The position numbers and the translations under genes are program-made. The notes beneath the pieces were generated by a model. The model saw only the letters and a list, made by a program, of their open reading frames with translations, was not told the DNA's origin and did no database searches. DNA of 64,000 nt from Tubulanus polymorphus (taxonomy: Eukaryota; Animalia; Nemertea): contig NC_134033.1 in the NCBI RefSeq assembly GCF_964204645.1, positions 7,262,655 through 7,326,654 of the forward strand, read 5' to 3'. Each line of letters begins with the position of its first letter. Positions within the stretch are counted from its first letter, which is position 1. Shown here piece by piece: positions 53,001 to 64,000 of this stretch.

Positions 53001-53825
53001 ACTACTGTTTAAACACAAAATGTTCGGTACTTCGCCATCTATAATTTCGCATCGTAAAGTTTCTCCTTTATTTTTGTACACTACAGGAATCTTCACACAT
53101 CCAACCGGTTTCACTGTTCGTTGACCAAAGCCGTAAATTATCGTTTCGCTGTACATAATCGGGGGTTTAATTCTCATACTGTTGTAACAACCTTTTGAAA
53201 TAGCGTTGATCTCAGCCCCAGTATCGATTTTAAAGTTGACGTAGCCACAACCAGGAGTGTGCAGTTTAACGCTCCAGTTGTTCGGTTCTCGGTTGTTGTC
53301 TCTCTGTACGGACGCTTGCCATACTGCAGACTGCAGTTGATCAGCTGCGACGTACTGATCAGCATTATAATCGTACAAATCGGATTGTTCGTTTATGTGA
53401 GCGTAATTTTCGTACACACGATTTTTAGTTCTGCAGCATTTTTCGAAATGGTTGTATTTGTGACAGTGTCTGCAGGTCTTACCATACGCAGGGCATCGTG
53501 CAGGTGGATGGCGACCACCACACTGGACACACGCGTTATTAAAATTACCACTATTATTATTATAGCCAGCTCGGTGCTGCCATCTACCACGTCCACGTGG
53601 TGAAAACTGAATCCGGTTATCAAAACTAGTAGTCGTACCATTTCCCCGACCACGTTGGGACGGTGCGTGTGAGCGTGCACCACCACTACGCCCGCGATAG
53701 CCTCTCAACGTGCTGCGTCCACGACTATAGGCATGTATGTCTGCGCTAGGAGGGTTCGACCTATCGTATAGTGGTCTCATAAACTGTTGTTGTTCGAATT
53801 GTATCGCTTTTCGTATAACAGAGAC
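50006..53825 (-). pseudogene. Gypsy gag-pol (truncated gag, Zn knuckles, protease, RT, RNase H, integrase)
   Basis: Motifs are CVQCGGRH..C/CRHCHKYNH..C, IDTGA, LDANSGFYQ, IVDD, IEKELLAIV, H..H..CERC, ALDLF and SDNGP. The catalytic E is mutated (GLAGKAV), the RNase H DAS motif is deleted, and there are several frameshifts. Confidence 0.95.
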
Positions 53826-53946
53826 CCTAGAGCTCAAAATACAATTACAAGGCAACAAGGGAGCCATGTTGGAGATAAAATCTAACTTATATTGTTACCA
53901 CCAGATGTCATCCCTGTACAGAGTATACAATATCAAATACATAACA
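53826..53946 (-). repeat. 5' LTR, partially deleted together with the PBS and gag N-terminus
   Basis: It matches 26406-26521 with 4 substitutions and one 5-bp indel. It is fused directly to gag sequence. Confidence 0.88.
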
Positions 53947-53951
53947 CAGAG

Positions 53952-54750
53952 GACTGTTAACAATTCAACCAATGAAATTGCGATAGAGATACAGAACATA
54001 GAGCATTAACAGTAAACAATGCAACCAATGAATTGCGATTAACTAAGACATACAGGACATACAGGACTAACTTAATTGCGATAGACATACAGAATATACA
54101 GGACTAACAGTAAACAATGCAACCAATGAATTGCGATTTACTAAGACATACAGGACTAAACCACAGGACATACAGGACTAACAGTAAACAATTCAACCAA
54201 CGAATTGCGATTAACTAAGACATACAGGACATACAGGACTAACTTAATTGCGATAGACATACAGAATATACAGGACTAACAGTAGACAATGCAACCAATG
54301 AATTGCGATTAACTAAGACATACAGGACATACAGGACTAAACCAAAGGACATACAGGACTAACAGTAGACAATTCAGTAGATAGTAGACAATTCAACCAT
54401 GTCAAGTGTCTTTCTTAGTGCAATGGGCCCTGGTTTCCACGTTTATATATCACATATAAAATTCTACAGAAACAATCAATGAATAAATGAAAATTTACGA
54501 ATAAGAAACAAGACATTAGACACAACAGACAGCTGATTACTTTACAAACCTGTTGTCAGAACCTTCATTATTTTTACATGTACATACAGAGGACTGTTAA
54601 CAATTCAACCAATGAAATTGCGATAGAGATACAGAACATACAGCATTAACAGTAAACATTGCAACCAATGAATTGCGATTAACTAAGACATACAGGACAT
54701 ACAGAAATAAACCATAGTAAATTGCGATAAAAAAGACATACAGGACTAAC
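53952..54750. repeat. Complex minisatellite (GACATACAGGACT / AACCAATGAATTGCGAT modules) plus local duplications
   Basis: Modules are repeated across 53952-54398 and 54592-54750. 54399-54517 is duplicated at 55582-55700. Confidence 0.85.
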
Positions 54751-54838
54751 TGCAGTAAATATATAGGGCCTTAGGAATGCAAAATACATTCATTTTGAGG
54801 AATTTAAACATTCAGCAACTTATTTCATCATGTCACAT

Positions 54839-55510
54839 CCAGGAAGAAAGCCACTAAATATTTGGATGGATATATGAAAGCTGTGGGTACTGGAGTGTGT
54901 AATGGGTAGTGTAGTGTGATCTGTGTGCATTTTGGTGGCCAGCACACAGATCACATTGTTCATTGGGGTTTAGTCCAGGACTCGCGAGATTTTCAACAAC
55001 ACGGAAGTAACGTGTAATATATGATGACTTGAATTGCATGACTACCTACCACCCCTCATTATTGTTGGAAAACTAAACGTTCCGCACTGACTAAAAATTA
55101 GTAATATTAATCAATAACATTTTAGAAATGGCCAGAATTTTAACTTAGGTTCTATTTCATTTTTATTTTACAATTGCGATTGGTATAATTTTTCTTTAAA
55201 CGGCCGTTAAGGCTTCATGTTTCGTCTGCAATTCACTGCAAATAGTTACGCAACTACGCACATTTCAGTGTTTTTGGCAGCTGTACACTCAATCGGCACC
55301 GTTCGTGACTAGCTTCACTGCGGAATTATCATTAATTAACATCGCCATATCACATCATCAACTTATATTGTTCTTTAAAACCCTAACAGCCGAAATAATT
55401 GAAATACACAATAATTGAAAATTGAGAGAATGGCCGTGTTTGTGTTCTGCTGCTTCGCGTAAATCCCGCGGGGTGGCGCCACCGCGCGGAGTGGGGCCGA
55501 TACGTCCAGT
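54839..55510. repeat. Inverted copy of 16640-18557 (without the HINE)
   Basis: Direct comparison; see the left copy. Confidence 0.9.
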
Positions 55511-56198
55511 TTTCAAAGGGAATTTTCTTAACTTCAGATGCCTCGAGGACATAAACATATAGAATGATCTGTCCCAAAAAAATGTCAAGTGTCTTTCTTA
55601 GTGCAATGGGCCCTGGCTTCCACGTTTATATATCACATATAAAATTCCAAAGAAAAAATCAATGAATAAGTGAAAATATACGAATAAGAAACAAGACATT
55701 CAAGCAGTTGAGTTAGTTAAAATGGGACCAATCTATATATATTATATATGGATTATACAATTTAATCAGGGACAGCTTTGAACCGAGCTTGATGTGTCCA
55801 TACACTCTATTCATACACTCTCTGAACATGCATTTATGTGTACCGCTGCCAATTGATGATAAGTCAACAATGTTGAAGTTGTAGACATGGTCAGAATCAT
55901 CCAGAGACATCGGCACCCATCACAATAACTGATGATTTTACAGTAACCTGTAACATAAAAAATCAAGCGGTAATCTATTCACAAAATACATTTTCCTGAA
56001 AGAAAAAACCTGAAATAGAGCATTATAAACACCAGTATAAACACCATATACATTGCTTCTTAACCTTATATATAATCGAGTAAATATATACTATAAGTGA
56101 CGGTCATTATAGGCTTCTACGTTCACCATGGGAAATGAAAATATTTCTAACGTCAGGGATTCATTCGAACCTGATCAAAAATATTCAATACAAACTAT

Positions 56199-59100
56199 TC
56201 AGGAAATCGGGTCACAATGAAAACAAAACCACCTGATATGTTCAGGAGGAGCCTCATTGATTGGAGCACATTTCCAATGATACCATCTATGGCAATTATC
56301 ACATTCAATTGAGAATGTGGACTTTTTCTTAGGATTAGCATTGCAGTTTTTCTGGCAGACAGGGCAGGTTTCAGCAACTAACTGAGAAGGGTTTTTTCAA
56401 CTTTTGATGACAAAAGGTTATCAAGTCTCAATTTTGCTAGGTTTTGGAGGCCTGCATTTCCAGGTTGATCTATAAGAATTTCTAATTCTTTTTCAGAATT
56501 GGAATTATTGATTTCTGTAATAGGAGAACTGTTGGGATAATCATCTCTATCATTATTTTCGATTACAATAGATTTTTTCTTATGATGATTATGTTCAATA
56601 CGAATGTGCTTTTGAAGGAATGTTTCACTTGCATATGAATTAATAACCCCATCTGCCCGACAAATAGCACATGAGATAGGTTTCAAATATGAATGAGAAG
56701 TGGATATGTGCCTATCTAGTTCCCTGCGACATGAACACAGATATGGAGGATTTATTTTGTCTTTAATACAAAAGGAACAGACCATACTTTTTTCAAATAA
56801 AACAGACTTCGAGTCATTTTTAACAACTGGTATTGACTTAATATCTTTTGGTTTGGTATCTTTTGGTTTTTTCGGTAAGGATGATTTATTCTGACTTAAG
56901 ATATCTGCTGAAAATTCGATATCATTGCCAGGATCTGGATCAGTGGAGTCTGTGGTTTCAATTTCTGATATTTTAGCTTCTTTACCTAGTTTGATAGCAG
57001 CATTTTCAACCATAGCAGAAAAGGATACACCTCTGTTAGCAGGTCTTATTATTTTTCGCCCTCCGTGTCTTACATTCTCAGCATCTTTAGGCATTGTAAC
57101 CTTAGGGCAGTCAGGGTCTATCACTTCAAGTTCAGGAAGGTTTATGGCAACCTGATTGTCCTTGATTGGACCCTCAGCACGCCTATGAGCCATATTGTGA
57201 GGTTGTCGTTTGGCAGGTCGTCCGCTTATTAACTTAATTCCACAGTGGCTTTCATTATGTAAAATACTAAGAATGTGCCCTTTCCGAGCAGCATTGATAT
57301 CATTCGAGCTAGCAATGTGGGAATGATCTTTTAACTTATCAATGAGGGTAGATGAAACAGTACTATTTTGGCGAGTAAAATTATAAGTTGGCAGAGGCTC
57401 CACAGTGTGGAATTTATATGAATCAATTAAAGCCTTCGTTGAGGTTATATTGTTTTTTTGGGCAAAACAGGCAAAACGATGTTTGCAAAAATATGGTTGT
57501 CCAATGATTATAAAAGCTTCACAAGTACATATACCTAGTTTCAAATTGATCAAATGGCAATTACCATTTAGATATGAAAGACAATTTTCAGGAACGATTG
57601 TAATAACGTAATTGAATAAGATACGACTGGATATTGAATCTAAATTTCCTATGTACCTTCGGCATTTTTTTGAAATGTCATATGAATGTTCCTCGGATAT
57701 TGATACTTTATCGGGGAATCTTTCTTCTAAAACATCAAGCTGATTGAATGTATATTGAGTATCGCCATTGAAAAAATTATCATTATCTTCTAACCTATTC
57801 AAGTTCTTTCGTGAAGAAATCTTCACAACAAACCAACTAGTTTCTTCATCATATTTTAAAATCTCATTATTCTGTAATAAATCAAAGGCTCTTTTGGAAA
57901 ACTTTTCTATCTTTTCTAGGTGACGTATATTCTTAACTCGTTGGTCAAGTTGCTTAAATTGGAGATTGTTCATATTTTTTGCTTTTACCTCATCATTAAA
58001 AACATTTTCAAACAGTAATCGTACAAAAGATGATATCAATTTATTTAGGTGTCCACTTAAGTAGTCATCATCTATTTGTTTGAACTTAAATAATAATATA
58101 ACTCAGTAATATTATCAGTTAATAGCAAAGGGTTATTTCTGTTAGATTGGTCTGACTGATAAATTGATTCAGCATTGAATGCATCAGACCAAATTTGGGA
58201 ATTAAACCAATTCTTCTTTAGGTAATCAATAAATAATGTTTTGGTATCTTGCGACATAAGGTCTAAAGAAATATCATTCTCAATAAAACTAATAAATGAA
58301 TTGGCTATATCAGTTCTAGAGGAAGCATCCCATGATCTCATAATGCATTTGAAACCAGTTTCTAAAGGCTTGCAAAATAAGCGAAGTTCTTGATTTTCAT
58401 TCATGAAGCGACGAATACAGTGCAGGACATGAAAATCACATAGTACTGATTCAAGATTATTGTTAGATGCTCCTTGCTTTAGACTTGCGTCTTTATCATG
58501 CTGTACAAAAGGACAAAATCTAGATGTTGATGGACATGGCTTGATTCTGAAAAAACCATTGCCATCATTAAATATATAGAATTCAGATGGATGATTACAT
58601 TTTTCGTCTGTACATGGTGTATTGGCTAGAACTAACTGGATGGTAGTTGCATGAGTAGCCCCCCCCCTTCATCACTACTAATTGATGCAGCAGCAATACG
58701 TCCTTCATTTTTGTTGTCTGCAAAAGTTACAAATGAAGTTTTGAATTTCCACGAATTGAAATCATGTTTCATGTCAATACCAATGACAGATTGTCCAAAG
58801 TTGGATAAATGTTCCAGAGAACGAGGATCAGAGAGAATAATGTGATAATTACGTTTGAGTGTGGCATCCCCTCGTTGAAATAAAAGGACAGATTCATAGT
58901 TACCCTCTAATAATTTTTCAGTATTTCAATCAGAACTTAGAATAGGTATTTCGTCTTGAGATTTCATATCTAATTTTATCGAAGATTTATCAATATATTT
59001 CAATCTATTTGAAATTTGATCTAGGGTATGGTCATGGTCGGCGACATCATTTACATTTGATACATGAAGGTTATTGCGAGCATTGGTGGCAGAAAGAACC

Positions 59101-59990
59101 TTCATTGCTGTGGCTTTCATCATGACTATTATCATCCCATCTATCTATAGATAAATTAGGTCGCTTTTTAATTTGTAAAGGAATATTGTCATGATATTGA
59201 CCATTAAGTGGAATTGCTGAAGATTTTCCACTTGGATAAATCAGTACTAAATAATACAAGTTTCGTTGCCCAATAACACATAAAATGAGGGTGAATTAGT
59301 TTTTTTTGCTCAAACTGCTGCCTTAACTTCACAGGACGATCACGTTTATTCTTCAGCTTATAGTTGTAACAGTTTGAACAAAGTGTTTCACCATCAGAAT
59401 TTTTCCTCCATTTGTTAGACATGGTAATGGAGCAATGAAAACATTGTTTATCATTTAAAACAACGTCAATTTGACATGAGGGACAATTAGTGATGTTACT
59501 GGACATATTCAACTTTGAGAGATAATATCCACATGATAATTTACAAACTAAAGACTTTGACGAACATTTTATGAGCATTTCTGCAGCCAAAAATTGAGAA
59601 GTATCCTCAACAATTGGCTCAATAAATTCAAATTTATTATCTAATCTATGGGTTTGCCAATTCTTTTTTAATGTCAAGGAAGCTTTCATCGTTGTCTGGT
59701 TACCAACAAATGAAGGCCGCACATTCTAATGCAGACGAACTGTTTTTGTAAAAACAGTGAATCTATCGAAATAATATTTTGTGTCAGCACCAGTCATTAC
59801 TTACCCATTTTCAACCCATTCATCACTAAGTGGATTCTGGTAGTTAAGGTATTTCTTGATAGTGTCAATGGCTACCTGGTCATTTGTACCTTGGTGTGTA
59901 CAATGAAAACTTTTATACTTCGTCTTACTGTCAGTTGAATGAAAAGCAACTTCAAGAATATAGCTGCCAAGCAGCGATGACGGGTTTTCT
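56199..59990 (-). pseudogene. Mutator/MULE-like transposase with N-terminal GATA zinc finger and C-terminal SWIM, C2H2 and PHD fingers
   Basis: The GATA finger is CFHC-X17-CSNC with WRK (59340-59445). The DDE region is VIGIDMKH...QHDKD...LCDFHV (CxxH). SWIM is CTC..F.....CKH, and there are two C2H2 fingers. The PHD CPVC...CDNC..WYH..C...WFCFHC ends at 56199. It is frameshifted, and the 5' boundary is uncertain. Confidence 0.8.
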
Positions 59991-62067
59991 GCAAAGCCAT
60001 TCAGAATGATGGGAATTGTAGTAAATTGAAATATCGATACATAGAATAAAATGCATTGACAGATTCGAACCTAATATGCTGTGTAAACGTCAAATATGAT
60101 TCAGCTTTGAAACCGAACATACGCGGACGTACAATCACAAATATTAATTTATTTGACCAGGCATTTATTTTGGCATTCAAACATCATGATACTGTATTAT
60201 CACCATCCTTAAAAATGGATCTGTCCTATTAAGAACTCATCTTAAGCACCTGCTGAGTCGATAGATTGAGTGAATTTACAGATAAGAACGTACTATGATT
60301 TAGAATAGATTTAAGAAGTTAATGTTTTTATTGAAATATTTGAATAAATACATATATTGTAGTGTAGATTCAATCAATAAATTATAAATTGATCTGGTCT
60401 GGGGTTCCGGCTGATGTTGATTTTGGCTTTTGTGGATTACAAATTCTACAGTGATAAACAATTGATACCTGCAACATGTGTGTAAATCAAACCTATTCCA
60501 CTAGTTGCGTGTGTTTCCTAATAAACAGGAGAGTCACTCTTGATCCGAGTTATTAGAAAATTAATGTTCATTTAGTTATAGAAATTCATTGCCTTTTTGG
60601 AAATTCTGTAATAATATTTGTTCTGTCCTGATTTTTATTACTGTATGAACCAATTATATGCTTTGTAAAGATGATGTAATAAAATAAATTTGAATTTGAA
60701 TTAAATTTGAACATGAGAATCAAGCATAACTTCTGTTTTTTCAACTTGTCTTTTGTTAACAGTTCCAGAGTTTCAATTAGGCCTACAATCAAATCCAAAT
60801 TGGCTAAAAAGTACATAGGACTAAATGAAATGAACCGTTAGTTACTGCAAACCTATTCCAGTGTTATGTCGATCGTGTTGAATCACTTTCCTTGAGTTGA
60901 AAGAATCAGATCTTCTATGGTGCAACACCGGTCGAAGAAAGATATCTTGGTGTTGACTGTCATTGACCATCTAACTTCATGCGTTTGACATTGGAATCAG
61001 CATCATACCCATTTGAACTGCAAAATATTCATACAACATGAAAACCTACAGTACATGTATACAGTAATCAAACTTTCAACGATGTTGGATATTTGAATGA
61101 ACGTTGGGCTTATTTCAGTATTCTAAAGCAGGAAATAATAAGCCCAATAAATAGGCCCTATTCCCATTGGAACAATTGTATAATGCGTACAGCAGCACTT
61201 ATCAGTCAAGTATGGAGAAATCGGTATACCAAACCTACGAACAGCAAAATGTACAGGCCTACAATGATTTCTGGTATACAAGCCGTGACCACATGAACGT
61301 TTTGGTTTGACTATTAATGTCAGCAGGTCAGAGAAGGCCTGGCCAAATTTAATCACATGGCTCAAATCAATTAGCCTTTCTGCGTGTGAATACTTCACTG
61401 TATTGTTTTAAAAATAGGCCTATCGAGTGAATTAGTACAAAGACTGAATTAGACTTTAGGCTAGTCCTGACCAAATCCTATCCATGTTATAATTGCACCA
61501 GTTATAGTAACATCACTGTAGGGCCAACGAGAGGGAAAAAGTTGTGTTTGTAGTACATAGGCATGGTAGGCTTGTCGTACTCACTTAATACTTAAAATGC
61601 TATTGTTACCTGTACGTGACTGGTCGGTGATTTCTACGAGAGAATATCGATAAGAAAAACACTTCTTTGAAGATTTACTTCGTCGTCGCCTGTCATTGGT
61701 TCTTCCGCTATAGATGGGGGACGACAATCGTGAATCATCTGACGTTCGTTGACGACCGTGGATGCGGAAAACCATTAAGCATTATCGGCATTTTACAGGT
61801 TTCGCCTGGGAGAGATCACCGTCCAATTTCACCGAGACAAAGTTGGAAAAACCATCGTTGTGCGCAGGTTAGCCGTATGTGAGTACGTTGACGCTCAGAC
61901 TTGCAATATTGGGATTCGAAACAAAACGAAAAAAAATCCAGTTGTAGTCCAGTGATTTACCCACCACGGTGCCACAGAACGTAACTGCAGGGTGGATGAA
62001 ATTTGATTTACAAATAGCCTAGCCTCACCTAACCCAAACTCTATTCTTTGCGCGTTTGCAGATTATA

Positions 62068-62130
62068 GGAACTCCCGTACAGCGTTTTTAGGGAACTCAC
62101 GTACGGCGTTTTTAGGGAACTCACGTACGG
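62068..62130. repeat. Short tandem repeat (TTTTTAGGGAACTCACGTACGGCG, ~24 bp x 2.6)
   Basis: Read directly. It may be a subterminal repeat of the MULE. Confidence 0.7.
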
Positions 62131-63475
62131 TTAACCTGTGGATATCACCGTACAGTCACGTACGCGTAACAACTTCGTACTTAAAAAATGGTATTGGCTA
62201 CTATATAATAGGCCTAGAAACAAATAAATACCGGTAGGCTTTCTTAGCTTCCACACTTCACAACCGAACCAACTGACCAACCCACAGGGGCTTGTCACAA
62301 TTTGATAATGAATGGATGATACCAGTATCCCTGTATAAAAAAGAAAAGGGAGCTAACTAAATCGACTATCTGTACATTACCTTCTCAATTCAATCGACTG
62401 TCAACGACGCACAACAGTCTTATCCTTCAACTCGATGGTGATTTCAGGATATTTCTAAACATTCGGAGGCGTTACGAGCACAAATTCTCGAGAGAATTGA
62501 AACAATGTCGACCACCGGCTTTCGATCTGTTTACGTTCATCGCAAGTCGAGTCACGTGACAGCAGTCACGATTTGCAGGCCGCTGATAGGTCCAAAATAA
62601 ATATAATTTAAAAAAATAAGTTTAAAAATGCGTGCCAAAAAATAAATCAGCAAATCACTCAACCATAGTAAGGTGCGTAGTTGTTTTTTGAGATCTGTGT
62701 ATAAGTAAATTAAGCGGTGAAATTATTTTTTAATGATCGGATGTTCCCGGAAATTTCCGTGCTAAGTTGCCGACCGCGGGGAATTTGAAATTTGATTTGA
62801 CAGCTGGTAAAGTGAAACCACGCTGAAAGATGACTGGGCTTCTGATATCCATGGCTGTTTCCTGGTTAGTATCGATAATAGTCGGATTGTGTAGGCTTAC
62901 GTACGGAGCATCTTCCAGACTTTATCTTTTCAAACCAAAAATTCCTCAAAGAGGGGCGATTTCTATTTTAGTGATTGTTTTACACAGGTCACAGGTTTTA
63001 TCACTTGGCAGAGGAGGTCCTCGACAAGGATATGTTACAGCTTATGTTGGAGTTCAAAGTAAGTTTTTTATTTCAATAATTCAATAGGCCTGTGCATTTT
63101 TTAAGTAAGCACAATCGATATAACACATGAGTAATAGGGATAATGGGCTTTCAGATCAAAGGTCGAACGGTCGAGCTCGTAAAAAATGAAAAACATAAAA
63201 ATAATAACAATTTATACTTGAATTACTCGCAAAACTCATAAAAATGAAAAATAAATTCTCACACGCTCGAATTTATTTTTCATTTTATGAGTTTCACTCC
63301 TAATTCAAGTATAAATTGTTATTATTTTTATGTTTTTCATTTTTACTCACCCGCCCGTTCAACCTTTAACCCGAAAGCCCATTATCCCTATTACTCTTAA
63401 AATATTCACATAAATGAATAACATTTAAATCATTGAACTTCTAAAATCAATTTTAATAAAAAATTTAGTATTAAA

Positions 63476-63802
63476 ATGGAAGCAAATAAGTACTACTGCC
63501 CAACATGTAATATCAATATAGATAAATCTCAAAAAGCAAGACACAATAAAACTAAAACACATTTAGAGAATAAATTGAAACTAGAATATTTACAGTTATA
63601 TTCAGAACAGTTAACAAAAGGAAAGAAATTTATTGAATTATGGAATAATGATCCAAATAATGAACAATACGTTGAGGAATTTGATATCAAGGAATCGAAA
63701 CAATTTATCAAAAGCAACGAAGAATGAAAAAGGATGACGTTGGTCGAAGAAATGGAAGAGGATTATAAAATATTAACCAATTTAGTAAAAAAATACGTAT
63801 AA
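63476..63802 (+). pseudogene. U1-like C2H2 zinc-finger protein (in-frame TGA at 63725)
   Basis: YYCPTCN...KARHNKTKTH resembles the N-terminal fingers of the Polinton pPolB ORF. The frame continues to a TAA at 63800. Confidence 0.65.
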
Positions 63803-63805
63803 TAA

Positions 63806-64000
63806 ATGGAACCAGAACAACCACAAACTATCAATATTACAAATAACACTGGCGTTATAAACATATATTACAAAAAGTGTTCTAAATGTGAATTAGATAA
63901 ATCATTAACAGAATTTAGTAAGCGCAAGACTAGCAAAGATGGTTTTCAATATTGCTGCAAAACTTGTTTTAAACTATATACCAAACAATACCGAGAAGAT
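63806..64000 (+). CDS. Zn-ribbon protein (partial)
   Basis: ATAAATG start. KKCSKCELDKSLTEFSK...DGFQYCCKTC is a motif often found N-terminal to viral HNH-type nucleases. It is truncated by the window end. Confidence 0.65.
   Translation, partial: MEPEQPQTINITNNTGVINIYYKKCSKCELDKSLTEFSKRKTSKDGFQYCCKTCFKLYTKQYRED

Larger units (their letters stand above)
63130..64000 (+). mobile_element. Left end of a third Polinton-family element with a fold-back terminus (runs off the window)
   Basis: It starts AGTAATAGG...TTTCA...AAAGGTCGA..GGTCGAGCTCGTAAAAAATGAAAAAC, like the mini-element TIR, and is followed by AT-rich Zn-finger genes. Confidence 0.8.

Noticed and set aside
60400-61900. Exon-like segments with splice signals upstream of the MULE
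   Set aside because: They may be 5' exons, but I could not assemble a consistent reading frame or recognise a domain.

Overview
This is AT-rich eukaryotic DNA, probably from a marine invertebrate animal. The evidence is GT-AG introns, L2/CR1-group LINEs and Helentron-type MITEs. The window is almost entirely nested mobile DNA, and I cannot support a clear housekeeping host gene. The main element is a full-length but pseudogenised Polinton/Maverick-like endogenous virus (26742-50005, TIRs starting AGTAATAGG, 6-bp TSD CTTATC). It encodes a protein-primed PolB, minor and major capsid proteins, several membrane proteins, an rve integrase with a chromodomain, and a packaging ATPase. Its PolB carries a LAGLIDADG intein in the catalytic YxD/TD motif. 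Thirteen of its 15 genes start at ATAAATG, which resembles the poxvirus late-promoter initiator. The Polinton sits inside a Gypsy LTR retrotransposon (26387-53946, TSD CAGAG) and is itself interrupted by a full-length CR1/L2-group LINE (42444-48003). Two more elements share the same terminal motif. One is a 3.2-kb non-autonomous mini-element with 370-bp TIRs, a 6-bp TSD and a 1.9-kb 24-bp tandem array (22080-25270). The other starts at 63130 with a 266-bp fold-back hairpin and runs off the window. Also present are a MULE-like transposase pseudogene with GATA, SWIM, C2H2 and PHD fingers, a spliced PHD-finger gene fragment, and various MITEs and repeats. All family assignments come from motifs read by eye, not from database searches.
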